Shown in pieces: positions 24,081 through 36,777 of a stretch of 64,000 nt of DNA. Within the stretch, counting starts at the first letter, position 1. Each line of letters begins with the position of its first letter. This stretch comes from Guillardia theta CCMP2712 (lineage: Eukaryota; Protista; Cryptophyta): positions 523,200 through 587,199 of the forward strand of contig NW_005434642.1 of the NCBI RefSeq assembly GCF_000315625.1, written 5' to 3'. Under the pieces are notes generated by a model. The model saw only the letters and a program-made list of their open reading frames with translations, was not told the origin of the DNA and made no database searches. Both the position numbers and the translations under genes were made by a program.

Positions 24081-24372
24081 TCAGAATGAACCCACCCCCT
24101 GAAAATAAGGGCATTGACTCTAGGTACTGGGGGTGGCAGCAAGTTCACTGGATAGAATCCTATCTTTCTGCCTACCGTACCGGTACAACCGGCTGCTCTC
24201 GCTACCAGCGAGCACGACAACAGTCTCCTCCTCCTCCTCCTCCTCCGGCTCCTCTCCCGCTCCATCGTCTTCACTTCACAACAGATCCAGTGGTAGCGAC
24301 TGAGAGGTCCCTCACTGGCAGTAGGATACAGCTCTCAGCGCAGACCATCTCCACTAGCTCAACCATCTTCCA

Positions 24373-25635
24373 ATGGATCCGTTTGTAAACCTCAAGATCG
24401 TCTCAATCTTCACCGTCCTTGCGACGTCCATCATTGGCGTCATGCTTCCTGTCCTTCGCTGGAGAAAGGAGGGTCCCAAGACGGCAGAGGAGCCTTCCTT
24501 CTGGTTCTTCCTGCTCCGAGCGTACGCAGCTGGCGTCATGCTGGCGCTGGCGTTCGTGCACATCATCTCCGACGCTTTCTCAGTCATGGATGGGTTGACG
24601 GGCAACTTCCCCATCGCGTCTGTTCTCGTCATGGTGGGCGTGATGCTCATGATGCTGGTCGAGCGAGCTTCTCTCGACTTCGGGTCTCGCTGCTTCGGAA
24701 GCTCAGGCGACGCCGCCAGGGTCTGCTGCCACTCGGACGTGCACCAGCACTCGCACGGGTGCCTGCGACATGCGCATCAGTCCAACGACTGTCATCACGA
24801 GGACGCGGAAGAAATCTTCGTCATCGAGAGTCATGCCCTGCCTCCACATGTCCCTCACGCTGTAGCTGACGAGGAGCTGGGGACTTCCGTACCTCCGTCG
24901 CTGGAGGCTCTCAAGGCCGCAGACCTTCCTCAAGTCAGCGGCGATGCACAAGGAGATCTGGCCGACGTTGTGGACGCCAAGCCGCGGGTGATGCTGGGGA
25001 TGCTTGAGTTCGGCATCGTAGTGCACTCGGTGATCATAGGGATGGATCTGGGAGTGAGGACGCAGAAGCCGAGCGCCATCGTGGGGCTGATGATTGCTCT
25101 CTGCTTCCATCAGTTCTTTGAAGGCCTCGGCCTCGGATCCTGCATCGCTTACGTCATGCATGAGCACGGATCGGCGATGCAATGGCCCAAGGTAGGAGGA
25201 GCACGGGTGAAGACCAAGGAGTCTTACTAGTCGAGCAGATCATGCTCATGGTGATGCTCTTCTCCATCACGTTTCCCCTCGGCGTAGCGCTGGGGATGAT
25301 CAGCATCGCTGCGCAGAGCTTTCATGCTCAAGATCTGTTCCATCCTTGGCTGCAAGGTCGGGAGGGACGAAAGGAAACATTAACCTTGACTGGCACGCAG
25401 GAACTCTCGACGCTTTGAGCGGAGGCATCCTGGTTCACCTAGCCTTCATTCACTTCATCTCAGGTTCTTCTCTTCACCGTGTCTTGTTGTTTGAAGGACT
25501 ATGCTGACGGAGGAAGCAGAGGATTTCAGTCGGACGGACATCAACTCTCCTAAGCACTTGCGGCTCAGATGGAGCATGCTTCTCAGCGTCATCCTAGGGG
25601 CGACCTGCATGTCGCTCCTCGCGCTCCAAGCTTGA
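24373..25635 (+). CDS. ZIP (ZRT/IRT-like) zinc/iron transporter, 4 exons
   Basis: AYAAGVMLALAFVHI, a His-rich loop, EFGIVVHSVIIG (TM4), ALCFHQFFEGLGLG (TM5), FSITFPLGVALG and SGGILVHLAFIHFI. Stop TGA at 25633-25635. Confidence 0.93.
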
Positions 25636-25739
25636 GCACAAGATTTTTAATGATTCCTTCTCTCTTCCTCTCCTCCCTCTCTCTCCTCTTCATCACCCAC
25701 CCTCCTTCTCTCTCCCCCTTGCCTCTTGGTTGCTGTAAA

Positions 25740-27730
25740 ACGGGATGTCCGTCTAGATGGTCGTCACCTCGTCCACCACCCTCTGCGCGACGATCTTCTG
25801 GTTGTCGTCCACCAGCACTGCCTCTCCCGTCACTCCAACCAGCAGCATCTCAACTCACCGTTGAGCAGAGGGCCCGACGGCAGCTTGACTTGCACCCACT
25901 TGGAGCCGGTGGGAGACTGAAGGACAAGTGAGGACGAGCACGTGGCGCAGACGGAATATGAACAGAGGGAGGGAGGGAGGGAGGGAGGGAGGGAGGGAGA
26001 GAGGGAGGGAGGGAGGGAGGGACTTTCGGGGGAAGGGGAGCGGGAAGGGGGCGAGCAGGGGACCAGTGGAGGCAAGAAAGGGAGGGATGCGGGCAAGTGG
26101 CGATGAGAGAGACAGGAAGGGAAGCAGAAGGTCAAAGGGGGGGGTCAAGGACCTTGAGGGTGGAGCCATAGCCCTCTTCTTGCATCTGAACCTCCACGTC
26201 CGCTCCCTTGCTGAGTACAGAGCAGAACTTCATCTCTCCTCGCATGCTCTTTCGCTGTGCGATGTAGAGGTGAATCCCTTGCCTGCTCCCTCGTCAGCTG
26301 CCTCAAGGGTTAGAGAAGCAATCGCTACCGGTCGTCTCGTTTGTACTTGAGGCTCGTCGCAGGGTTGCGATGAACAACATCGTAGAGTTTTTGTTGAGGC
26401 AGTTCTGTTGGACATCAGATGCGAAAGAGGACGAGGCGAGCAGCAGGAGGAGGGGAACCTTCGGGGGCACCTCCTTCTGCGCTTAATGAGTCATTCGAAG
26501 AGTTTCTCGCCTCCATATCCTGAGAAGGTCAAGATGAGCTTGAAACGAACTCACTTGCATCCCTCCGCACCTGCCGCACTTTCTTCATCAACCTGTCTTC
26601 TTTTCTCAGCGTCTCACGCAGCCTCTCTGTGTTCCTCGTGTTGGCATACAGCTCTCGCTTAGCGAAGTCTGATGTCATGAAGCCTGCAATGCATGTCATC
26701 CCCTGCTCTTCCGCTCCCTTCCTCCTGTGCTCATTTTCCTCCCCATTCCTATTCATGCTCACCGAGCTTGCTGCAGGCTTTAGGACGGAAGTCTCCGTCG
26801 GGAAACTTCTCCTTGTACCGATCGTTGTCGACATATTTGTCCTTCCCCTTCACGTCTAGCCAACGGGTCACCCGACAAGCAGTCAACGCCTCCTCCCTCA
26901 CCCGCTGAGCTGCTCAGCGATGGTGCGACCGTGAAGAGCGCAGTAGTGGCGTTGCTCGCCTTGCGGAAAGCATCGCTTGCAACATGCGCGAACGAGTCGG
27001 CGCCATGCCAGAGGCCCCCGCGGAACTGCTTTCCCTTGCAGCTCTGAGGTACAGAGACTTTGTCGCTAAAAGGTTCGGTGATGCAGAGCGCGGGGACGTG
27101 AGAGAAGGTCCCCGTGTACTTGCTAGTGTTGGCATTGATTTCAGGAAGAGGGATCTTAGTCTTTCCCATTGTTATGGGTAAACTTCACTGCTTTCTGGTA
27201 AAAAGAAGGTTAGAGATGTTCGTCTTTCCCTTGCACAACGTCGACAAAAAAAAGGCATGTTTCCCATGCTGTCAACTCTTTGGCTCTCATGTTACATGTT
27301 TATTTCTCAGCCCGTGACTGTGTTTCACATTGTGTTCTTGTCACAACTTTCAGCATCTGAATATCTCTCTACATTTCCTGTCCATGTTCGAGTTACCTGT
27401 ACACACTCTCCTCCGCTTCCTTCCTCCCCCTTATTCCGCACTCGATTTCCCCATCCTACGTATTTGCCTTCAATTCTGTCCTGCCCCTACATCCTGTCAC
27501 TCACGCATCCTCGTCTCCGAGCCCTGTCACCTCACATGTGGAATGTTGTCTCCATTCCTTGACCGTCCAACACTCCCCTCCCCTCCCCTCCCTGCCTAAC
27601 TTGTCTCCGCGCCTGTCACTTCCTCTCCTCGCGACGCTCGTCGATGTCAAGCCGCGTTCAGCATTGTTGACGAAAGTAACGGGCGAGAGCCAACGAAGGG
27701 GTCCTACTACCCCCCATTTCGTAGTCCTCA
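25740..27730 (-). CDS. Hypothetical protein, multi-exon (boundaries uncertain)
   Basis: Coding-like exons (MGKTKIPLPEINANTSK; FMTSDFAKRELYANTRNTERLRETLRKEDRLMKK; KWVQVKLPSGPLLNG) separated by introns. Confidence 0.45.
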
Positions 27731-28228
27731 TGAGGGGTCATTCGAGTGACATGTCAAGCCAACGGACTTCAGCCAACGGCAGGTGCCCCTCATCCCCGTC
27801 ACGCGCCCACTCTACTTGAACAGGCTGAGTGAACTCAACTTGAGTGACTTGAACCCACCGCATGACTCAGCACGGTCCGAACTCCGAAGGGCCCGGCCCG
27901 CCGGCCCGGCCTCTCAGCCTAGTGACGGTCAGTGCTCCCGGCACTCGGCACTCGGAACTTAGACACTCCGAGTGACGGCTGACCGTCCCTCCGAGAGTCG
28001 GGTCACTCCTGGCAGTCACTGACTTATTTAGCTAAACTCCGACTGACAGAGTCAACGGCGTGCTCGTGACGGTTTACGACAGCTGAGTCTGTTGCCCCGG
28101 CCGCAGCCTTAGCCTCGGAGTGACAGCGCAGGCGGCGTGTCACAGTAAAGATGAGAGTGTGAGGTTGACTCGCGACTGGCAGAGGCTGCAAGTGACGGTG
28201 AGAGTCGGATGAGTCATTTATGAGCTTG

Positions 28229-30038
28229 TCAAGACTCGTAGATGATGGGCAAAAGATGATGTCTTGCTGGGCTTCCAGGCGTAACTTCACCTATCCACTC
28301 GGAGTAGCTCTCCATGTCCTCTCGCTGCGGTACAGGTTACGGAGAGCTTCAGTCAGCATTGAGCGTCACCTCAGGCCTCCTCCTCAGCTTCTTGCTGCCG
28401 AGCACATGAGCATCGACACTAACGAACGAGACTGCCAGCGCAATGCGATCTTGCTTGCTGCGAATCCACAAGGCACGAGTGAGGGAGGAGAGGAAAGTTG
28501 GACATGAAAAGACAGGGCACTTCATGGCGAAGCAGCAGGACGGCTCATGCTTGCAACATCTACCGTACCCGAGATTCGGAGGAGCAGCATGGAAGAGCCA
28601 ACCATGATGCCACGTGCTGATGAATGAGGTGAGAGAAGGATTATGCGTGATGTACAGCACCAGTCTCCCAGTTGCAGAGGAGCATGGTTGTGCACGTCGT
28701 ACTCCCGCGGGTCGCCGCTGATCACCATTGAGTAACTTGGCAGGCAGGAGGGGCAGGAAGAGGAGGGGTCTAGGGTTTCACGCAGTTCTCACCTCGGGTC
28801 CTCCATCCCCTCGTTGGTATACCTGCGACGAGCACGCGCGTCAGCCTCTCTTGCGGCTAATCAACCAGCACCAGTAGGGCAGCGCGACATCGCGATGTGA
28901 CCCCGAGGCGAACTCAAGAGGAGAATCGTCGAGCTGCGGAGAGCGGAAGCGGTGAAAGGTGGAAACAAATGAAAGAATGAGAGGGAGGGGAGGGAGGGAA
29001 CGAGGGAAGAGAAGGAAGTGAGGGAGGGAGGAGAGGTAGGGGGCGGAGGTGAGGTAGGGGAAGGGAGGGGGGGAAGAGAGGAGAGAGAAGGAGGGAGAGG
29101 AGGGGGAGGAGGGGGAGGATACTCACGGTCTCAATAGGAGTTAAAGGAATCCAGCATGTGATCATTGCGTTTGTGTCCCACGGTGAAGTCGCCAAGTCCG
29201 CGTGCCAGCTGCAAAAAAGTTGAGAATTGAGGGAGAGAGGAAGCGGAGGAGACCTAGTTTCACCATGACCAGCTTCCTTGTAGAAGATGGAGGTCTGGTA
29301 GAGCATCGTCCCTCTCACTCCCATTAGCTCTGCTGCTATTTTCCCCATCGAGTTGTCTCGCACAAACGACATGATGGCCTCAGAGTCTTCGCTAGATCCC
29401 CGATGAACATTAAACGCCTGCAAGAAGGGTACGACTGCATCGTTTTCCTCGCACCATGTCTTGAGAAGCTTCTCCGCATCCTCTTCGGTTCTGCAGTTCT
29501 GAGCTGCTTTTCTCAACTCCTCGTCGTCATCGTCTTCGGCGAAGAGGCGCATCTTCTGGGTGTAAGCCTTGAACTTCTCTGCTTGGAACCTGTTGACGAC
29601 AGCTTGCTTCAGTCCTTCGACCTCTCCTGCTGCGAAGAGCGACCGCAGACCCACATGGCCTTGTCTCTCGAACTCCAGACATGCATGCACGTCCACGTTG
29701 GTGAACGTCGGGCGAGCTTGACATTCCTCAGCGACAGCCGATGCTGCCAGCCGAGCTTCTTCAAAGCCTTCAACTTGCGACGAGCTGCCCTCATGCTTGA
29801 ACCAGTCGCTGTCTTCCCTCATTGCAGTTCTCGCTACCCTCACTTGCCATCTGCCAGCATGCAACGACAGCTTCGGGCGGCGGCTTGCAAACGGAGGCGA
29901 GCGGGTCGCCGGCAAGAAAGCATAGACGGGAGAGCAAGAAGAGGAGAGGAGCTGGAGGGCAAGAGGGAGGAGAAGGAGAAGCGGAGGATGAGAGGCATGG
30001 CCGTGCCTCGGGAGGAAGGACGGGACGCAAAGGTGCAT
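28229..30038 (-). CDS. PhyH-family Fe(II)/2-oxoglutarate dioxygenase with bipartite plastid leader
   Basis: Hydrophobic leader ending VYA-F. FERQGHV, YQTSIFYK, SWHADL (HxD), ITCWIPL, SGSHRD, WHHGWLFHAAPPN (distal His) and RIALAVSF. Stop at 28229. Confidence 0.88.
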
Positions 30039-30076
30039 TCGGGGGACGGAAAAGGGGGAGGTCGGGGAGGGTGCTA

Positions 30077-32693
30077 TGAAAGACCAGGAAAAGGAGGGGG
30101 TGGGGTAGTGGTAAGGTTGAGGCGGGAGAATGGCATAAAATGACTAGGGAGGGCGGGAGGGAGGGCGGGAGGGAGGGCGGGAGAGAGGGATGCTTCCTTC
30201 GTCCTTCTGGCTTCAGATCGAAGAGCTGAGGAGATGCAACAAGACAAAGACGGAGGCAAGTTCGCATGGCAGACAGAAGCGTGTGAAGCTGCCGCTCCAA
30301 CCTGCTTCCAACCTTGAATCTGCGACACAAGAGCCGAGCGATGCATCGGAGGCGACCATGGCAGAGAAGAGACCGCGAGGTGACTGCATGCGATCATCGT
30401 CCATCGGTGTAGGAGATTTCTACGGGAAGAAGAGCAAGGAGGAGGAGCTGTTTCTCTTCCGGCTCTCGCACCAGACAACCAAGTTAAGGTGAGCCCTCCA
30501 CCCTCGTCGCGCTCCCTTGACGCGAGGCAGACGCGCTGAGATGCGCAAGTTCAAACTTCAGAGAGACGCCTTCGAGTTTCTGGACTCGCAGCAAGAGGGG
30601 AAGGGGATGGGTCAGGCTTGAGAGATTGTGTCTTTGGCTGACGAGAACCAGGTGACGAATGGTTTGTGTTCGGGGAGGAGAAGAATGGCAAGGGCAAGAG
30701 GAAGTTCTTTGTGACAAGCCAAGCAGGCTCGACATGTTGACTTGGCTTCTCTCTCCTCACATTCAAACAGAATTATGGCGAATCATCAAGGAGACCTTCG
30801 AGCGCGGCGAAATCCCTCACATGTGAAGCTTGCTTGCGAAAGCTTTTTCAGTCACCATGCTTAGGTATGAAGTGATTCGAGAAGGATGCCCGGCGTATCT
30901 CTACTTCGACATCGAGTTCAACAAGCGGTGGAATCCTGAAGTGAATGGCGAATGTTGCATGGAGACGTTTGAGAACTATTTGTGCGAGGTAGCTCTTTCC
31001 TTTCGTCCGATGGTACTCTGATTTCCACTCCCAGTTCATGAGGAAGTACTTCAGTACTCGTGATCTTCAAGTGAACAACGCTGATATCAGTCTGCTGCCT
31101 TTCGTTAGTAATCTCGTCCTGACGTGATTCTGTTCAGTCCATCTTGATTCTTCAAACGAAAACAAGTTTTCACGGCATCTGATCGTCCGCCCAAACGATG
31201 CAAGCGTGGTAAGAGTAGGAGATAAAGAGAGGGAGAGATGGAGGGAGAGAGAGCAAATGCGCATGAAGAGGAAAATGCAACAATACCTTCCTCAATTGTC
31301 TTGTCTTTTTGCAGGTGTTTCGGGATAATGTACAGATGGGCGAGTTTGTCCGAGCTCTTGTGCAAAATATCGAGAACGACCTCAAAGTTTGTTGTTGCGT
31401 TTTCGTTTGAAAACCAAGCTGAAGGTTTGAGCAGCAGGGGAATGAGGAGCTCTTGAGGCTTTTCGTCTTTGTTGATGAACAGATGGATAAGGTGCTCAAG
31501 GACAAGCCCTATGTAGTTTTGATTCGATTCTAAGGAGAACAAGAAGATCTTTGTCGACCTTGGCGTTTACACCAAGAATCGTTGTTTCCGTGTGTATCTC
31601 AAGTGCGCTCGTCCTATCTGCTTTTGCTTGCTGATATCTCACAGCTCGAAGTTCGGGAAGAAAACGATACTAGTTCCTGTCAACGATAGAAGATCAATTG
31701 ATGAGCTTCTTCGCGACGAGTCTTTGTTCTACAAGACTCTCGTCTGTCCTCGCTTGAAAGATCCAGCAAGCTTCACGGTGATTTTGTAACCTCCCTGCTT
31801 TCCATCACCTTCTGATTCACTTGGCTAGTTCTTGGAAGTTGTCGGAGACGACCAAGGACGAGGCTGTGCGGCTGCCTCCTGTACCCAAGTGATGAAGAGC
31901 TCGCAGCATTTGACATCAGAGAGTTGGAAGTCATTGCTGCTATCAGATGTGACTGCGATAACCTGTCTTTTCGCCGCTGAATCATCCTTGACCAGACGCG
32001 AACACAAGTCTGGGAGCAGGTGGGAGAGTACATCATTTCTTTCTGGAATGAACGAGCTGGAGGAGTAAACGGGAAAATTTGCGCGTTGAATGTGATGGAC
32101 GAGGAGGAGACGATTGTGAACTTTCGTGTGGTTGGCAACAGATGGTGCGACAATATTGGGAGGTGAATTGAGCGATCGAGTGGAGGATCAAAACCTGAGT
32201 CGACTACCCAGACAGCACCGAAGCAATGGCATCATGCTCATCGCCAACAGACAGAAAGGCGTCTTCTACCAGTAATCTCCTCTTCCTCCCTCCCTCTTTG
32301 ACTTGGACTCATAGGAAATGCTTCGATCCTGACTGCCGGCAACGAGACGCTCGCTCCAACGACTTTCCTATCCCAGCAGCCCTCCTGCATGGAACCTCCA
32401 TCAGTGACCAGCCGGAGCTTGAGGAGGAATGGGACGAGGCTCTGTTTACTTGCATCGACAAGCTTGTTGCGGATACAACACAACGCAGAAATTCGGCAGC
32501 TCCTTCCTCTCCTCTTGCTATCCTCCAAGACGATGACCTTGATGCCGGGGCACTGACAGCCATCGATCAGGTGACCTGCTCTCATGCCTCCTCTCCGTCA
32601 CGATCACGTTGACAGGCTGTGAGCGAGTATCTGAGGAGGAAGGAGACGAACCCTCATGAGCTATCACGCGTATTCCCCTCTCCTTCTCGTTAG
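30077..32693 (+). CDS. PRIMPOL: DNA-directed primase/polymerase PrimPol (AEP superfamily), multi-exon; start uncertain
   Basis: YEVIREGCPAYLYFDIEF (DxE motif I), KFSRHLIV (SxH motif II), FVDLGVYTKNRCFRVYLSSKFGK (motif III) and the zinc finger RWCDNIGRQHRSN...YQKCFDPDC. Confidence 0.95.
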
Positions 32694-32939
32694 CCTTCCA
32701 GCACATCATGTCTGCCTCTTCACTTGTTGCTCGCCTTCACCTTACTAAGTTATCCTCATCTGGCCATTTCCTTGAGTCTGTTCCCACAGGCAGAGTCTTT
32801 TCCTCTTCCGACGTTACCCAAACCTTCCCGCCGAGTCACTGAGTCATCAGGCGGCTCCGACCATCATGTTGAAGTTCCTACTAGGAGTAAAAGTCCTCCG
32901 AGTGAAGAGCTCCCCCAACTTCAATGGCTAATGATGTCG

Positions 32940-33480
32940 TGAACAGTGGCGGCAAACCGTTGAACGGTCGCCGGTACTACCCTACCGTACGGCTAGCCGC
33001 CGGGTGCTGCAGCGCGCTGAGCGGCCGCTCTGCCGCCGAAAAGTGATCGCAGCGGCCGCCGTGACTGACTCGGTCAGCAGTGACTGCCGATGACCGTCCG
33101 TCCGAGTCACTGAGTCGGACCGCCGGTACTGCCAGTGCGGGCCGCGGGGGGCCGGCCCGTGAGTGACTGCCGCGGTGTGACCGATGAGTCAAGTTCCGTG
33201 GCACTGGGGCTGCCAGGCTGAGCCCGGAGCCTCGGAGCGGCAGCTCAGGCCCGGGCCCGGCGGCCGGGCCGCGCGGCCGCCTGACCGTATCGGACCGCCC
33301 GGCCGGCAGCCCACCGGCGCGGGATTAGGCCGGCCCGGCCGCCGCGGCCGGGGCCCGGGCTTCAACCCGGCGCTGGGGCTTCGGCCGGCCCGGCCCCAGT
33401 GACTAATGTATAATCCCCGGTGACCGGGCCGCCGCTGCCGGCTTTGCCCGGCCCGGGCTTCAAGGAGTCTGGGAGAACTT
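32940..33480. promoter_or_regulatory. GC/CCGG/TGAST-rich island upstream of the lumen-protein gene
   Basis: Very GC-rich, dense in GGCCCGG and GTGACT/GAGTCA. Followed by an AT-rich stretch before ATG 33685. Confidence 0.5.
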
Positions 33481-33684
33481 TTCGGAAACAAGTTCGCTTG
33501 AAGTTCTGAGCCCTTTAAATGTTCATTGCGAAGGTTCTTACAAGTTTCGCTCTAAAAGACGTTTTAGATTTGACATATATCTGAAATTCGGTCATCAAAT
33601 TTGATATTTTTCTATAATAATTTGAAAAATGTCCCCCCACTTCCTCTTCATAGGGCGGCCACTGACTCGTCAGACTTCATCGCC

Positions 33685-34525
33685 ATGCTCAGAGCCGCCG
33701 CCCTCGCCGCCCTCGCTGCCTCAGCCTCCGCCTTCTCTGCCCCCTCCTCCTTCACCGGAGCTGCCCTCAAGACCTCTGTAAGCTCCTCTTGTGTGATGAT
33801 CACACTGTTGGATGTGAACTGCGGAGGGAGACATGGGTGAAGGCTGTGTTGCAGCAGCCTAAGTGAGTCAGGCTGACGTAGCATGTTGGGCATGATGTTG
33901 GGCATGATATGATTCTCATCCTCCTCTCACTCATGCTTCATTAGGTCTCCGGCAATGTCTGCGGGCCCGTCATGAGTGCTGCCGATGATGCGGCTGTCTC
34001 CCGCCGTGCTGCCCTCGGTGCCATCTTGGCCGGAGCTGCTGCTATCCCAGGTAGAAGATCCTCTTTCCTTCCATCTCCTCATGCCTAATGTCTTGTTAGC
34101 TGCTGCCAACGCCGCCTATGACAAGCCCAAGGACAAGGATGCTAACTGGCAGCTCCGTCTCGGAGGTGTCGGTGTCACCAACCTCTCTGGAGGAGGATAC
34201 AACGGCCAGCGCACCAGCGCCTTCAAGAAGTCCATCCTCTCTCCTGAGCGTGGAGCCACCAAGCTCACCCGCAGGGGACTTTCCGGTAGGGCAGCCGAGT
34301 GAGAGAAGGGCGGGGGACTGAGGTATTGGCAGATGAGGAGATCGACAACATCAGCTCCCTCACTGACAAGGTCATCAAGGAGTCCGTCATCACCAAGAAG
34401 GGATACAAGTGGGTCCTCTCCTGCTCCCTTTAGCCTCCTCTAACGTTTCTCCCAGGACCTCCAACACCGTTGGAATCAACCCGGGCTTCGGAGGATCCTC
34501 TGGAATCTTCACTGGTGCTAAGTAA
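33685..34525 (+). CDS. Nucleus-encoded thylakoid-lumen protein of unknown function (tripartite leader: signal + transit + Tat)
   Basis: Exons 33685-33777, 33945-34050, 34100-34285, 34333-34408 and 34456-34525 give MLRAAALAALAASASA-FSAPSSF...VSRRAALGAILAGAAAIPAAANA-AYDKPKDK...GINPGFGGSSGIFTGAK*. Very strong codon bias. Confidence 0.85.
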
Positions 34526-34652
34526 ACAGGTGGGAGCTCGAGAAGGGAGAGGGGCCTGGCTGACTGTCTGGGCAGTTTTAAAACAATACAGTAGGTATAG
34601 AGAGATGGTTATTCATGTGTCGGCCTTCAATAAACTTGAGGATGGGATCATC

Positions 34653-36435
34653 CTACGTTGTCACGCTGGTACAAGTGAGAGGAAACGCCTGTGACCTGTT
34701 AGCTCTCGTACTCTTGCACTTGCTGTCACCCTTCGTGTGAAAGTCGTCGACCCGTCCCAGTGTTGTATCACATCCTGCGCAGCATGAGCGCCAAGTTAAC
34801 GTGACAGTCCTTACCTCCTTCTCCTGTATCACTCCCGACATGAAGCGGAGAATGATGACCCTCCTGTCCCTGTCCCTGTCAGAGGGTTACAGAGGAAGGA
34901 GACGAGCTGCAAGACATGCTCATGTTGCTCTCAGAGCAGTGCGGTAGAAGTGGATGATGCATGGCTGCTCCTCCTGCCTTTAGCCGGTAGCAGTACATCC
35001 CTTCGTTCCTGCAGCACATGAACACGCGCAGTGAAGCATTTCCGATACCTCTGCGTCGCTCGCGTTGAGACAAGAGGCGCCTGATATCACGTCAAGTCTC
35101 ATCTCATCTTACTGCAGATTACATGCGAGGGCAAGAGTTTGGAGACGTCGGCCCGGAAGACATTCTGAAGCCGCTCGTCAGAGCAGGACGGGCATTGAGA
35201 TCTTGTCCGACATAGCGCGAGAAATACTCGGCGTCGGACAGCTCAGCATGCGTCTTGACTGTAGAAGCATCAGAGACGAGGAAGCGCATGCCAAGGTGAA
35301 CAACCAGGTTGGAATGGGAGCCTCCCGTACTTGTGGCCTCCTCTCAAGACCTGCAAGTTCGTCACCGCCAGTCTCCGTGAGCTCAACCCCTCACTCGCAG
35401 TCCCCCGTTTGTTTCATCCACGTCGTCCAGCGCTATCCACAAGGTGAGAACCTGCGGCCTATCACGAGACATGAAGCTCCAGCAGCTCGAGCTACGTTCT
35501 CATCTCCGTCCTGATGGATCGGCACTGCATGCCCGCCGTGACCATGCGCTCCTGCGCTGACCTTGCGATGCAGCTGAGTGACAGGGGAAGTAAGACAAAC
35601 AAAGACAAGCACGAAGAGGAGAAGCTGTCGACGTGAGGGGATGACAGTCACAGGCATGAGCGTGACAAGACTCGAGCGAAGGGTTACCGAGGCATCATCC
35701 TCGTTTACCTGGGAGGCATAAAGCTGAACGTCTGCGCCTAGGTAAGACTGCAGCATGTCTACAACTGAAGCTCGCGTCACACGACTAGCACGCGCAGGGG
35801 TCGCGCACTCTTGTGGTGGGTAGCAAGACTCCACATCCAGTTGTCTGTGCGTGGGAGACATTGATGGACGTTAAGAATCCACTCGCCATCCACCTGCGGG
35901 TGCTGCAGAGACGATGAGCACGCGAGTTATGGGAGGGAGGGGCCCTGCCTTGTCCCGGTAGATCTCATCTACTCGCCTCCTCAGATATCTCAAGCCAGCA
36001 GGCGACAAGAACTCGGGGAAAGTCACAAACCCGTTGCGTTGGAAGAAGATGCTCTGACAGGTCAGTGAGTACGAGAGCCGAGAGGGTGGACATGACACTC
36101 TTGTGTCCTCTCTTGCTTCTCACGTGCTTCTCTCTGGGTTGGAACCTCTTGCTCAGTAGCTCCACACCTGCTGCAAGTTGTCGACCAAGTCCAACGTGAG
36201 CTACTCTGACCTGGACTTGCCGCGCCATGGCTCAAGCTTGGACTCGCGAGGCCGCTTGCTGAACTTCTTCGCTGCTTGCTCTGTCTGCTGGCATCTTGTC
36301 CTTGTTGTCGCCTCTTAGTCATTCCTAGATCCCTCCCTCTCGCCCTCTCTCCTTCTCTTCTCCCCACCTTGCGCTTCGTGAGGCGGGGGCGCTAAAGGAT
36401 TTTATACCAGGCGAGCCATGACCAGGCATCGACAT
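34653..36435 (-). CDS. Second PhyH-family dioxygenase, multi-exon
   Basis: FFQRNGFVTFPEFLS, LQSYLGADVQLYASQ, AVPIHQDG (HxD), LWIALDDVDETNG, AAMHHPLLPHCSESN and RRVIILRF. Confidence 0.85.
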
Positions 36436-36777
36436 CCCACAGACGCGTGAGGGCGCGAGAGGAGGAGGAAGGGGAAGGAGGAGGAGGAGGAGGAGGAGGA
36501 GGAGGAGGAGGAGGAGGAGGAGGAGGAGGAGGACGAGGAGGAGGAGGAGGACGAGGAGGAGGACGAGGAGGACGATCCTCTTGCTGTCATCTGGCTTGCT
36601 GTCCTGTAGTCTTCTCCAGCCTCNNNNNNNNNNNNNNNNNNNNNNNNNNNNNNNNNNNNNNNNNNNNNNNNNNNNNNNNNNNNNNNNNNNNNNNNNNNNN
36701 NNNNNNNNNNNNNNNNNNNNNNNNNNNNNNNNNNNNNNNNNNNNNNNNNNNNNNNNNNNNNNNNNNNNNNNNNNNNN

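Noticed and set aside
33685-34525. Phycobiliprotein alpha subunit (cpeA)
   Set aside because: The leader is similar, but the mature region lacks the bilin-binding Cys and the FDxRGC motif and is longer.
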